This document shows, one piece after another, positions 12,601 to 27,180 of a DNA stretch of 64,000 bases (position 1 is its first letter; each line of letters begins with the position of its first letter). The notes under the pieces were generated by a model. It did not search any database. It saw nothing but the letters and a program-made list of their open reading frames with translations, and was not told the DNA's origin. The translations under genes and the position numbers were made by a program. Source of the stretch: Octopus vulgaris (taxonomy: Eukaryota); contig OX597814.1 in assembly GCA_951406725.2 (NCBI GenBank), positions 83,390,001 through 83,454,000 on the forward strand, in the 5' to 3' direction.

Positions 12601-13079
12601 AATTTCATGAAACAAAGAGTGAAGGTTGTCAAAATACCTTTATAATGAATGACAATTTAAATGGAAAAGGGATGTTATTATTCATGAATAAAAAGTACTA
12701 CTTTAATTGCTTTTGAAGTAGTACAATAATTGTATAATAATGATGCGCAGCAGTAACATTAAAATACTGTGCTACTAAAAAATCTAAAGTTACCCACATT
12801 GTTTCTTAACCAACTCACCATAACCTGTACTAATCACTTTATCCAGACACTCTTCCTCTGAATGTACTTCTACTCCCTTAGAATTCCTTCCCTGCCTATG
12901 TCTTTTATGTAGCTGCCATCTTGCAACTGTTCAACAAGAATATTAACTACATTGAGCTCACCAGTCTCAGTCTACAAAGGTCATGGATACAACTTCCTTC
13001 CTGCAGACCGAAACATTAAAAAATGGATTTATGTTTCTTAATTTTGATTTTGTACTGAGTGGATAATGCATGAAGCAAA

Positions 13080-13877
13080 ACAGGAAGAATACAGCATCAA
13101 AAGGCATGGCTTGCATGCTTTTAATTTTCTAATCTAAAGTATGCAGATAAAACTACTCTACTTGCTAAGACTGAAGCTAGACTACAAGAAATGATGAACA
13201 GAGTTAAGAAGATATCAAATGTGCTCAACCTCAAGAAAACAAAAGTAATGGTAGTAGGAAAAGAGAAGGTAAATGGTAACATCAGACTCTGCTGTGAGAG
13301 GCTTGAAACAGATTGAATTGTATGAGTATCTTGGAACCCAAATCTCTGATGAAGAAACATGTAAGAAAGAAATTAGGACATGGCTAGCCATGGCAAGAAC
13401 GTCCATGGAAAAGCATAATAACATTTGGACAAGCAAAAATATCTCAATTAAGTTAAAAACTAGGCTAGAGTGAGTGCTTATTTGGCCAATAGGCATTTAT
13501 GACTGCAAAGCATGGACCCTGAACAAATTTGAAAAGAACATAATCAGGGCGTTTGAAATGTGGATGTATGGGATAATGTTACAAGAATCATCAGACAAAT
13601 GAATGGGTGTTACAACAAATAGATGATAAACAACAATCCCTGAACATTGTGAAAATACTAAGGCTCATTTATTATGGCCATATTCAAAGAAGCAGAGGTT
13701 TGGAAAGCATTATTATGGAAGGAAGAATAGAGGCAGGTAAAGAATGTAATGGATGGACAATGTCAAGAACTGGTTGGATAAGAGTGGTAAGGCAGCTGGA
13801 GAACTCACATGTAATCAGGAAGACTTTTGTTGTGTCATCAATGTGTTCAGACATACAATACATGACAACAATGATGA
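13080..13877 (+). mobile_element. 5'-truncated, decayed RTE LINE (RT C-terminal part)
   Basis: SNLKYADKTTLLA, NLKKTKVMV, YEYLGTQI, IWTSKNISIKLK, FEMWMY, YYGHIQR..LESIIMEGRIE. Confidence 0.85.
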
Positions 13878-16800
13878 GTGTGTTGTTCTCAATGGTTGTT
13901 ATTGTTTAATCCCAAGTTAGCTATGATCAAGTTGACTTATAACAATAAGGCAAATTTTGAGAGCAATGTTACAATTAATGGGCTGAGTAGCCATGTAAAA
14001 TACACTCTGCCTTTGGATTGCTTAAAATGTGGTTCTGGGGAAAGGATCTCTGTCAATGATATTAAGTGGAAAATTTATTATCAGTGGAAGGTATAATAAA
14101 CAAATAGAAATAGGATGAGAATATAAACTATAGTATTGGTGTGATATTACCTTACATTGTCATTCCTGTCTTCATAAACAGTCAGTCTCATTGTTATCTT
14201 TTTTTCAACTCTGCCCTCATTGTCATTATCATTGACAAGGTCAAGAGAAAAAAGACTGTAAATGAAGATCTCTTTCTGTATAAACTGAGTGTAAGTGTAT
14301 CTGTAAAACAGTTTTGATTACTGGAAAAGCTATTTTACTCCAAGATCAAAAGCAATCACCCTCATCATCATTCTCACCATCATTTACAGCCACTTTCTAT
14401 GACGAAGATGATGATATCAATTGTTGAAAACACCACTGCATTTGAGTTTCATCTTCATTAATTATTTTTCGTATTTCTCAAGTTTTTTTATGTTTAGTTT
14501 GGAACAATAAAGTTCTTAAGTCTGTCAATGTTTTTAGAACTTCTAGATGAAAAGTTCATTGATCCTTGGTAAAATTAAAAAGAATAGGCTACTTTAGTCA
14601 GCTAAGAATGTAGATCTAACAGATCCATCCAACTCAACAAAAGTCATTGATGCTATCAAACAACTTTTAAGTAATAAATTTCTAAGAGCAGGTACTGTTC
14701 TCGCTGAAATTTATAACATAGACAACCCTATATCAGTGACAAGGTAACTGAATTGTTAACTCTTAAATTACAAACAGAAGTTTTCCCTCTGACATTCATT
14801 TTTACAACTATAAGGTAACAGACAGTTGTATTACAATCTGTATTTTATTACAAGATCTTAGCTTGTAATTAATTATGAACAGATTTTCCACAGTGTATTT
14901 AATAAGTCAGAATATCAAGCAAAATTCTTTTAGAAAGTTTCAATACACTAAACATGGCTATTTCACAGTAAAAGTCCTAAATCAGACGGGTTTTACATTT
15001 ATATAGAATGAAAGATGTCCATACACCAAAACAGCTCTTTTTACAATGAATTAAGTCATGTTTTAGTTAATGAACAAAAGAAACATCTTAAGAGTTTTTT
15101 CAAAATCGTTACAAAAAGATTTTGCGCTCACACTATAACACATTGTACATCAAAGTTATTTTTCAGTATAAACCAGGCTTAGTATATATAGAACTGTTAT
15201 TTCTTTTAGTAATTTCATATGCTAGCAAATATATATACCTTCCTCACTAAAATACTTTAACATCAACACAGTAAAGTGAGGCAAACCTTTCTCAGCAATA
15301 TTGCAACTTAATTCTTTCTCTCTTGTCAACAAAATTAATACCAATCAAATAGTGAGATTGACTTAACTGAGTGTTACTGTTTCCTGAAAAGCATACCTTA
15401 TACATAAGTTAAAGACTTCTATTATTTGTGTTACTTCAAATATAGAAATTCTTAATATTATAATTTCATGGCAAAGAACACCAGGAATTATTGATCATCA
15501 TCATCATCATTGTCATCATGCCCATGTTCTGTACCGGCATGAGTTAGACATCTTGAAAATGGACCCAATGAGTCCAAGGACTACATCATGCTCCAGTGTC
15601 TGCTTTGGCATGGTTTCTACAGCTGGGTGCCCTTCCTAATGCCAACCACTTTCAGGGTATACTGGGTATTGGACTAAATATGCTCTATATATTCTAAATT
15701 CAGATCCTGCCAAAGTCAACTTTGCTTTTTATTTATTCAGTAAAAACCAATTGAATATTGGAGTGATGTGGCAATATGATCAATTAAAACCATATTTGTA
15801 TCCTTGTGACTATATTAAAAATCATTATTTATTACATTTTATGCCACAAGTTCTGGAGCACTGCAGTTCATCCTGACAGCTTTCAGTTAAAACCATCTGA
15901 ATTTTAATTTCCTAATCTTGCCTGGATCAGTTCAGTTGACTAATCTTTTCACTTACAAATTTGTAACCTTAGGCCTATGTTAGAAATCATTATTATTCTT
16001 ACAACTGTAGATTGGTAGAACTAGAGGAATGCCATACAAAATACCCTGTGATGTTCCTTTATGTTCTGAGGAGTTCAGTCCTGCCAAGTTGACTTTTCTT
16101 CTTTTATATCCTCCTTGGCTAAAAAGCTAAATCACAAGTACTGGGGTTGATTTAATCAATTATACACCACCCTAGATCTGTAGCTTTGTTACAAGGAAGC
16201 CTTCATCAATTTTTACATGATCCTCTTGTAGAAGAATGTAAAGTTAGAGAGAGAGGTGCAATCTCCAGTAAATTAATGAAAGGTTACTGACAGTAGTGAG
16301 TATGGCTTGAATAAATGGATCCACTCCCAGCATGCATCTATGGATCCAAGAATGACACCCAGAAAAGGGCATTTGGCTTTGTGCCTATGTTAGGAAACAT
16401 TATCATTATTTCCTCTTAGATTTCTTGATTGACCCTAGCTGGCTGTCTTCACTATTGGGGACTTAATACTTAATTGTATGTATTGTTGTTACTTTTTTTC
16501 TTGCTCATTACAATATAACACCTACACACCTCACTGTTTTGATCCCATTTTTTATACTATCCTTATTGTCCTTAAACTTTTGTGGACAATAAAGAAATTG
16601 TTGTTATTGTGAAGGCAGCAAGCTTTAGCATGTCAGAAAAATTCCGTTGCAACATTTCTTCTGATTTTATATTCTGAGTTCAAATATTGCTAAGGTCAAC
16701 TTTTCCTTTCATTCATTTGGGGTCAAAAAACGAAGTACCAATCAGGTACTAGGGTCAATGAAATTGACTAACACCCGCCCACTACAATTGCTGGCCTTGT

Positions 16801-18609
16801 GCCAAACTTTGAAGCAATTATTATCGTATTTATTGTTAGTGTTAATATTATTTGCTGAGGTCAGCTTTGCTTTACAGCCTTCTGGTATTGATAAAATAAA
16901 GTACCACTCAAGAGTTAAAGATTACTATAAACCATCCACCTTATTTTCATGTCTTTGCCAGTCTAAGAAAACATTATTATTATGGCCTTGAGTTGAGTTC
17001 TAATTGTTTGGTTTCATTCGATGATGATGATTCCTAGTAATATAATCTGCTAATTCCCTTATGAGTTTTTCTTAAACTGCACTTAATGCTTCATAGGTTA
17101 GAAAATAGAGGTTTTCATTTTTTTTTTTCGCTTTTTTCTTCTTTGTAGGAATATGAAAATGACATTGCAAGAATGTGCAAGCAAAAGGCGTCAAGCAATC
17201 AAAAAACACATATATATACATGCATGCACATGCACAGAGAAAACACATTTTTTCATATGAGTAGAAGTTATATGTTTTATATTGTTTTCCTTTGTTGATA
17301 ATTGTTGACATATGCACAGTACACATGCACACACACACACAAACAATTATATATGCACAAATATATACATTTTATTTTCATAGTTTCTAGGTAGTGTCTG
17401 TACATACCTTAACCAGTATCAACCATTTCTTAAATTTTACTTTGATCTGTCTCCCTTTTCTTTTGTATTTATCTTCAACAAGGAATATACAAACTATCAG
17501 TTTATTTTTAACTTCATTTCTTGTATCATTGTACTGCACATGCTGTTCCACATTCATATGTGGTATAAACACATTATATTATGTAGAATACTGCAGTATT
17601 TCCTTGTGCAGGTGTGTCCTCAACTCTTTGTCTGTTACTTGCTGTACTCATATACTTAAATATTGATGGTATCTGCTGTATTTCTGCATACATGTAAAGC
17701 TATTACAATGGTTACCTTGATGTGCTTCTAAATGAACATACATATACATACATGTGCTGCTTAACCAGAATATTTATTTACCTTTGTCAAATGTGTTTAT
17801 GTTTGTGCAACAGAGCTCAGGTTTATGTATATGTGTATATCTGTTTGTTGGTATAGATATATATGTTGTCTGCTTGTATTCATAGGTGTAGGCTGGCAGG
17901 CAGGCAGGCTGGCTGGCTGGCTGGCTGGCAGATGTGTATGGCATGTGAGAGTATGCATGTGTGTGTTTAATATTACTATTTCAACATACATGTGTGTAAT
18001 ATTAATATTTTTGTATGTATATGTGATTGTATAACTGCTAATATAGTAATCATATAGACATATGTTTGAATTTAAATGAAAGTACATGCAAGTCATTCTC
18101 CAAATACATCAAATACAACTACAATTTTATATATCACAGCAAGCTGATATAGCACTATTATTACAGCATGCATGGTAAAAATAAATAAAACCAAATATTC
18201 ATATCTACATAACAATATATTCTTCTTTTGGAAGAACTACCATCATTTAGTATTAGTACCAGTAAAGTCTCTGTTTTCTCATGCAAACAGGCATTTGAAC
18301 CTTAATGAGTATGCTTTGTCATTTTATCAAATCTCAGAAAACATCTGTCTACTGAGTTATTATATTTTGTAGGAGAAAGCACTATATATTCTGTGGAAGC
18401 TAGCCATTTTCCAAATACATGTATCAAAGTTCATTTACTTTCAGTAGTTTTTAATACTTGAATACAATCTTCAAAGGCTGTTATCTTCCTCTTTCTTTGA
18501 TTAGATTTAGGGACTCTTCTTATAAGATGGTTTATATAGCTTTAATTTCATTATTCTAAATACTTTTAAATGTAGAAATTCTATTATTACATTATATCTG
18601 AATAAAACT

Positions 18610-18889
<280 letters not shown>

Positions 18890-19469
18890 TAATACTAATG
18901 CAATTCAAAATAATAAACTACTAAGAATTTCTTCTAAAATATTTCTCATCTTTAAACATGTCATCCTCAGTCAATATTTTTGTGTTTTACTAGAACCTCT
19001 CTTTCATGTGTTCTTGCGTAATAAAAGGATTTCTAATGTCAATTTCGTTAAACGTCACAAAGACAAAGGAATTTAGTTTTATTGTTATTAGTTACAGAGA
19101 AAGAACTATGTCACTATTAAAAGTGAGTTGACTATGATTATTTGGAAAGTTCAGTAGTTTTACTGAATTAGTAACATCTTCATCAGGAATTGTTCCCTCC
19201 CCACAAATACTGTCAGACATTGAGGATCAGTTATGTCCCTTTATAGCCATGGCTTAGTTCTTGCTTGACAGTGCCAAAACCAGGTCACATGGTATAGTTG
19301 CCAGGGTTATAAGTTTATTATAGGGGCAGCTCTGACAAAAACTTCCTTATTTATAATTGAAAGAGAAAGCAATCTACTTACGTGCAAAGATGTTGTTATT
19401 GGAAAATACTAGGCCATGTTCTTAGGAATCGAATTCTGTAGATAAATCATTTCTTAACATAAGTCTTCC

Positions 19470-19546
19470 ATGAGAAAATCCAACTGCAATAGCATGGAGT
19501 CAAATAAAGCCAGAACTGTGCAACGTGAATTAGAAAGATTAAAGCC
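19470..19546 (+). CDS. Candidate first coding exon of the CNGB-like gene (MRKSNCNSMESNKARTVQRELERLKP)
   Basis: ATG at 19470 with an in-frame TAA upstream at 19455. Open, non-repetitive frame ending in a perfect GTAAGT donor at 19547, phase 2, which matches the phase-2 acceptor at 36294 (CC+G = Pro). No homology support. Confidence 0.45.
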
Positions 19547-19943
19547 GTAAGTAGATCTGATAAAGCAATTTTCTGTAGTGTATGTTGTATTCAATGTAGG
19601 TACACGCAGTTCCTTCAGTAGAAATATTTGTCCAAATTTTTTGTTTTCATTCAAAACTAGGAGAGTATTTTATCCTTTGGCTATGAAGAAACATGTGTAC
19701 ATTTCCTGATACTCTCTCTCTCTCTCTCTCCCTCCCTCCCTCTCTCTTTATCTATCTGTCTATCTTTCTACTCCACTATATTCTTCTTCGCACTGTTTTG
19801 AATTCTTTAGCTTTCTGTCTCTCATATGTTCTCTCTCACATTCAATTTCTTCCTCCCCCTCTCCATCTCTTTGTAATGTTGCTTTCTCTCTCAATTTTTC
19901 TTTCTTTTCCTATCTTGATTAATTCCTCACACACACACACACA

Positions 19944-19977
<34 letters not shown>

Positions 19978-22539
19978 CATAAAGACACACACAAACACAT
20001 AGGTACACATTCTGTGTAACCAGCTATTAACATTTTTAATTTCTCCTCTCACTATCAACATCATCATCATCATCATCATCATAGTCACTGTTCTTATTGT
20101 CATCACCATCATCATTGTCGTCATTATCATCATCATCATCGACAACTATTTTATTACCTCTCTTCTTTGCAATACATATCATATTCAATCTCCTTCATAC
20201 AGCAATTAGCAATAGTAGAACAAAGCTATTCATTCTCACTTTAATCATAATATTAGTGAAAGAGAAAGAAACAGTTATAATATGATTTCTTTTTTCTTTT
20301 TTTTTTTTCTTTGCTGCTTCTTTGGTAAGATTAATAACCTGTAGAGGTAGCAAACAAGTTGAAAATAGACAAGAAACAATAACGAAATATCTAAAATTTC
20401 CGTGCCAGACACCAAAAGTGTATCCACATGTGATGCTACATGAAAGAAAATAAGCATGCAAAATAACATGTACATCAGTTACCTACACACACATACACAT
20501 GCCGTTTCATTTTTAAAGCAATACTTCTATATTTGGTGGTGATTTGGTGGAAATTTCGGTATTAATATACCTGACAGAAAATATTGTAATCCAAACATGT
20601 TATCTTTTGTATTAATACATACATGCATGCATACATTCACACATACACACATGCAGACAAGTAGCAAGCACAAACATACATGCTCATGTTTAGTGCCATC
20701 ATCAGATTATGCAGGTGCAGAGAACTGTTTAAAGATACCTTTTTGAATGTTTTCTTCTACAATTATGCCGACACTTGCAGCTTGAATCAGTAACTGGTTT
20801 ATTTCTTCTGTTACAAATAAAAGAAACACCTTTTACTTACCAACTTAGTATTATTCAAAATAGATTGCCAAATATAGCTTACGCCATGTAGAGTTTTACT
20901 TTCATAAGCTTGACTGACATTGTAACAACACTAACACTGATACCAACACAGTCAGTACTACAACACCTGTAAATTATTTGGGACAAGTGGTCTTATCAGT
21001 TCATTTGGTCTTTACATTTAAATCAAGATTTACTCCAGTGTTATGAAAAAGTCCAAGATGACCCTTCTATAGGTTATATGAAGCAGCTAAGAAACAAACT
21101 GGGGCAAAGTTCATCCAAACTTAAACTACTTTACAACAAAGCAACTTTGGTAGCAAGCAACTTTCTTTTTGCCAAAAAGTGGTTATCACACATAGCAACT
21201 GTTATTAAAACTCTAATCAGTCCTCTTAAAATGCTGAGAACTAGCCAAAATCTACCCTAAAAGACAACAAAATAATGTAAACAAACCACTGCCACCGTCA
21301 CTGAACTCTCTGTATTTTCACATGTAACTGATTCGATAGAGATGACTGTGGAATATATACAACTTAAGAATATTTTGAAATTACAGTTCATAAACAATTA
21401 TTCCAGTTTTTCTATGCTGTCATAGAGTGACAGGCTATTCTTAATGAGATTAAAGAAAAAGCCAACTATTTTTATGTTAAAAGTTGTTAATGTTGTTGGA
21501 GATCACATGGAATCATGTTATGTTAATAACTGGACAATTAATATCTTCATATACACAACTGCTCTTATTCTCGAAGAACACCTTGGAGAAACCTACAGTG
21601 CACATGATAATGAAATTACTAAATGGAAGTGGAACGGATGAAAAACAAAACTTGGAGAAAACATCAACAATATTGATGCTGCCATATTGGATAGTTAACC
21701 ACAATTATGAAATGTAAGGGGAATAATAAGTTCATACCTTGCTAATTATATCTTCTGCAGAAAATAACAAAACTCTACAACATCTCTTCATGCCAAACTC
21801 TTCAGAAAATGCTAATTACTTTAAAACACAAACTCCAGATGCTGGGCTAATAACTTTATCATCAAAGAAAGCTCATCATACCTCCATCTCTCATTGGTCA
21901 CACATCTGTCATTTATCTATATATCACTATGTCTTCTTTTCACACTCTACTAAGTTGCCAATGTGTTTAAGGATGGCTGTGGCTCCTTCCTCCTTGCTGT
22001 ATTATGCTTCCAGTATAACTAGGGAGTGATCTTCCTAACACTCAACTCCTTCTTCTGGCAAATGGATACTTTAGTCTTGCCAGTAACATGGCAACATCTC
22101 TAGTGCACATGCCATGATAAAATGTACTCAGTACACTCTGTAAATTGGTTGATGATAGAAAAGGCTTCCAACCATAGAAACCAAGCCAAAAACAAAATGT
22201 ATGAGTGAAATGTTATCTTCCCACCTGTCAAAGAGAGCAATATCTCAAATAAGAACTGTCACAGACTATGACAATCTATCCAATCTATGCCTGCATGGAA
22301 AGCAAGTATAAAGCAATGATCATGATAATTGTATATATACTGGCATATATATTAGCATACATGTGTGTGTGTGCGCACAGAAGTTAGTGTTTGTATGTGG
22401 AGGATGCACAGGATCGTTAAAAACTATACAGACTCAGGAAATTGATTTTTTCAAATACCTTGGTGACTCATTAGAAGTATTAGATAATTTCTACAATTAG
22501 TATTGGAGGGGGAATGCATGGAGAGTGTGATAGCTAGAA

Positions 22540-23470
22540 TAATAATAGGACGGTGGAAACTCAAAGGACTGTTTGTTACTTTTGATGGCTTTGAATGGTT
22601 TCTCTCTCCAAGTGAAAGGAAGATTATATGTTGCATGTATACAAACAGTGATTCTGTATAGTAGTGAGACATGGGTCCTGAATGCAGAGGACATGCAAAG
22701 GTTATAGAGGAATGAGGCTAGTATGCTCTACTGGATGTGTAACGTAAGTGTACATGTTCACCAGAGTGCTAGTGCTTTCAGAGAGAAGTTAGACATAAGA
22801 GGAATTAGTTGTTGCATACGAGAGAGAAGACTGCACTGGTTTAGTCATGTGATGCAGATGGATGCTGACAGTTCCATAAAGAAGTGCCAATCTCTCAAAG
22901 TGAATAGAAAACATGGGATGAAGTGCTGAAGAATGATCTCAAGGTGCTGAACCTTTCAGGCAAGATGACAAAGGACTGAGATGCCTGACACCTTGTTGTA
23001 CTCAAGAAGACCTATGCTCCACAGCAGAACTGTTAAGACCAAGCACACCCCCACACCCCAGTGGTGAAGATTGACCTGCAAGAGTCTTGTGCTGCTGCCA
23101 CATAGAAAGCATCCATGTGGTGCCATGCAAAAGTGCCCATGCAGTGCCATGTAAAAGCACCTGTGGAGTGCCTCATAAAAACATTTGGGTGGTGCCACAA
23201 AAAAGCACTCAGCACACTCTATAAAGTGATTGGCATTTGGAAGGGCGTCCAGTCATAGAAACCATGCCAAATCTACAAAGAGTTCAAGATGTAACAAGTT
23301 TTAAAGGTACCTGTGCCAGTGACATGTAAGTGGAACCCACAACACTCTTGGAGTGGTTAGCATTAGGAAGGGCATCCGGCCGTAGACTGCAACCTGGTAC
23401 AACTCTCCAGCCTACCAGCTCCAGTCAAACCATATAACCCATGCTAGCATGGAAAGCGTGATGATGATAA
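22540..23470 (+). mobile_element. 5'-truncated older relative of the RTE at 2150-6382, with duplicated 3' tail
   Basis: SLQVKGRLYVACIQTVILYSSETW..RNEASMLYWMCNVSVHVHQSASAFREKLDIRGI parallels 5400-5700. Two successive GGCATT(T/A)GGAAGGGC(G/A)TCC tails end in CCCATGCTAGCATGGAAAGCG(TGA)n. Confidence 0.88.
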
Positions 23471-25055
23471 TAACTGTAAATTCACAAAGTTCCAACATTT
23501 AATGCAATAAGTATATCAAAGATGGTATTTGTGTCATCCTTAATATTATACTTGTGTTATACTTGTGTCACCAAAGATGGTGGTGGTTATAAAATTGTGA
23601 TATGCACAGATGATGTTCAGTTGTATTTTGATAGTTGCAAACACAACTCTTGCAATTTATTCAAAGTATGTTTGATAAGCATGAAGGAGTTAATGTTGAT
23701 ACAAAAGATGAATGAGATGAATGGACATAGTGACATGTATTCTTTTACCTGTCAAGTGTGATTTAACAAGTCAAGCAAAACCACTGGAGCAGTAAATTAA
23801 GCTCACAAACTGAGTTTCTGTTCCAAAATTCAATATGGGTTGTGATTATTGAACAACAGCCAACGAGAGGTCAAGGGAAATGGTCAGTCAATGACAAGCT
23901 GAAAGCAGTCATACTTTGTGTCACTCCTTTCAACAAAAGTCTTTGTTAAGTTAATGCCATCACCACAATTAATTTCAAAGCACAATGGGACACATCTGGC
24001 TGGTGACATCATAGAAGATACTCAGTTGCTACACATGTATATATGTATATTTGTTTGTTTATTTATATAGATGTTTGTGGGGTGGGGGCTGGACAGGATC
24101 AGATGGGATGAAGGACTACATCATGCTCCACTCTTTACTTCAGCATAGTTCTTGTAGGTAAATGACATTCCTAACACCAAGCATATACTTAATTGCTTAC
24201 TTTCATGCCACCAGCGCTATTAAGGGGACCTTGCAGTTTGCAAGACTACAAACACCAAGAGAGGTGACTTTATGATAAGACATGAGGGTTTAAAGTATAA
24301 GTGGAAAGGGCAGAGCTGTAATGGGCTACATGGCTACTCACATTTTAGAAGAGAGAGTGGGGGTGGTTAGGGTGGAGAGGCAAAGTAATAAAACAGTGGT
24401 GATGTGGTGGCTGTGTGTACCCCTCAAGGTACAATGTGAGTAGAAGTGAGTGGGTATGTAGGTAAGTAGAAATTGCAAGAGTGTATGAGAGAGAAGGAAT
24501 GAGTATAATGAAGGAAGACCAAGGGTTGAATGGATAAGTTTGGGAGGTAGGGAAGAGTAGGTGAGAACTGTAGAGATTGGATAGGATTGAGGAGTGATGT
24601 AGTGAATCATGGATATTGGGCTTGAGGATGAAGATTAGAAGAATAGTAATGATGATACAGTAGACAGGGGAAGGATGAGAGTGAGAGACAGGTGATGTTG
24701 ATGAGTGGTGGGGTACATTGTGAGAGTATTGGGGAAAAAGAAAGAGGTAGTCATTCATAGAGAGAGTAAGAGATGTATGATGGTGGAGAAGGTGGGATGA
24801 TTTGGTGGCTTGGGAATGAGGATGAAGAGTCAATATAAAATGTTGATGGAGAGGACAGAGATGTATATGAAGTGAAATAGCCCTGGGTAGTGAGAAAGAT
24901 TAAGGGTATTAAGGAAAAACTGCAGTTAGAGAAATGAAGGGTGGTGGGGATGTCTTGAGGGAGAAATTAGCCAAAAGTTCCCCAGTTGTCATATATATAA
25001 TATATACACACACAATGCTTCCAGAACTTGGTTTCATTTACTTGAGTGGATCTTA

Positions 25056-26341
25056 CGAGGGGCGTTCAATAAGTAATGTCCCTGACCCACTTCCCATAGC
25101 AGTAGAGCAACGAAACTTGGCACAGTTATTAGTATTTTTCTACATAGGAACCACCCAGAGTTACGCATTTCTCCCATCGTTTGATGCAGCTCTGAAGACC
25201 GTTTTTGTAGAAGACACCAGCTTGGTCCTCCAACCACGACGTAACTTCAGAAATCAAGGCTGCATCATCTGGGAAACGCTTTCCTTTCAAAAACAATTTC
25301 ATGGCTGGGAAGACGTGAAAATCAGAGGGTGCAAGATCAGGAGAGTAGGGGGATGGGGGAAGAGTTCATAGCCGCAAGCCTGTGCTTCTGATCTGGCGAC
25401 ATGCGAGTTGTGAACCGGAGCGTTGTCCTGCAAGAGGAGGATGCCTTTGTTGATCTTGCCCCGCCTCTTGATTTTGATAGCTTCTCTTAATTTCCTCAAA
25501 AGTGAAGCATAATAGGCTCCTGTAATTGTGGCACCCTTTGCCAGGAAATCTGTCATCACTACTCCGTCCTGGTCCCAGAAGACTGTGAGCATGACCTTGC
25601 TAGCAGCGGGCTGCACCCTTGCCTTCTTTGGAGGAGGTGAGTCACGGTATGTCCACTGCATTGACTGGGCTTTGGTCTCTGGATCATAGTGATGGACCCA
25701 GGTCTCATCCTGTGTAATCAGTCTTTTGAAAAATTTTTACTCATATTCTTGGCACATCTCCAAATTCATCCTTGAGCAATCGATGCGTTCTTGCTTCTGG
25801 AAAGATGTGAGCAGCCTGGGAATCCATCTGGCAGACACCTTTTGCATATGCAAATGGTCATGAATGATAGTTTCCACAGACCCAGTACTAATCTTGACCT
25901 CATGGGCTATTTGGCGAATAGTTATGCGTTGATCTTCCGAAATGGTAGCCTCAACTTGACGGACAGATGCTTCATCAATGGCAGAAGGGGGCGACCAGAT
26001 CTGGGAGCTGTTTCCACAGAGTTCCGACCGTGTTTGAATTCACGATGCCAGCGTTTTACAAGGTCATATGATGGGGCATCATCACCATAAGTTACTTTCA
26101 TTTCATCAAAAGTCTCCCGTGGTGTTTGTCCTTTCAAATACAAAAACTGGATTACTGCTCGACACTCAACAGGCTCCATTTCACACTTGACTCAGTTCAA
26201 ACACCTGTAAATCAGAAACCACAATTAGTTTAGAGCTGTAATTTGCCACTTAATCTATAAATAATTGCACATGCAAAATTTCAGCTAGATCAAATAACTG
26301 CAAGTGGGCCAGGAGGGGCATTACTTATTGAACGCCCCTCG
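25056..26341 (-). mobile_element. Full-length mariner DNA transposon (DD34D, irritans-like)
   Basis: 28-bp TIRs CGAGGGGCGTTCAATAAGTAATG(T/C)CCCT with 1 mismatch. TA target duplication at 25054-25055 and 26342-26343; length 1286 bp. Confidence 0.96.
25129..26179 (-). pseudogene. Mariner transposase pseudogene
   Basis: MEPVECRAVIQFLYLKG..RSGRP, WIPRLL, ITQDETWVHHYDPE, QDNAPVH-x-YSPDLAPSD (34 residues between the last two Asp). Frameshifts near 25988 and 25350 and a TAA at 25737-25739. Confidence 0.94.
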
Positions 26342-26769
26342 TATCATTAAACCACACATTGCCAGTTATCCCAGTTCTTTAATATCTCCTCTGTAAGGTT
26401 CATTTATGTTTCATCGTTTAATGTCCATTTTTCATGCTGGGATGGGTTAGACTAAATGTAGATGATGGTAGCACCATTGAGAGAGTGACAGGAAACAATG
26501 AACTGCAGTGATGGTGGTAGAGCTAGTAAAAGATAGTTAAGGAAAGCTGAAAGTGACTGGGTGAGAGGATATAAATGTGGAAAGAAGTAGAAAAAGAAGA
26601 ATATTGGGAAAGATATGGGTAGCAGTGATGAAGGAAAAAATGAGGACAAGCAGGTTAATGAGGGAGTTAGTAGAAGATAAGACCAACTTTTGCTTTAGCT
26701 GAGAAAATGACCTTAAACCATTTGCTGTTGTGGTTGTTGTTGTGTGTTTGTTTATGCATTGCAGATATA

Positions 26770-26815
<46 letters not shown>

Positions 26816-27009
26816 CACACTGTCTTAGAGATAGCATTTTGGCACATATATACCATTTACAGAGACCATATTAGTATGAGTATGTATATAATTATGATTT
26901 CTGAAAAATGTGCTCTATACATATATGTAAGTAGAAATAATGACTCATTAAAAAGTATATTTATAATATTCTCTCTTCTCTATAAGAATCATGATTATGT
27001 TATATTTAG

Positions 27010-27180
27010 TATCATCATCATATAACGTCTATTGTCCATGCTGGCATGGGTTGGACGGTTTGACCATGACTGGTAAGCTGGATGGCTGCATCAGACTCCA
27101 GTCTATTTGGCATGGTTTTCTGCAGCTTGATGCCTTTCCTAATGCCAACCACTCCAAGAGTGTAATGGGTGCTTTTACAT
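27010..27180 (-). mobile_element. RTE/SINE-type 3' tail fragment
   Basis: Reverse complement of the RTE 3' end: (CAT)n..CCATGCTGGCATGGGTTGGACGG..CCTAATGCCAACCACTCC. Similar tails at about 1780-1830, 15495-15670 and 26415-26450. Confidence 0.8.

Noticed and set aside
14600-14720. Short coding-like stretch (KVIDAIKQLLSNKFLRAGTVLAEIY) considered as a host exon
   Set aside because: It better matches the LINE RT N-terminal pattern EV..AI..L...KA.G.D...AE.Y, so it is a likely LINE remnant. The same applies to about 21330-21720 and 31490-31575.
24345-24833. 162-aa His/Ser-rich ORF
   Set aside because: It derives from a purine-rich low-complexity tract, with no splice or homology support.
24934-25371. 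145-aa + strand ORF (also 63163-63642)
   Set aside because: Antisense shadows of mariner transposase sequence.
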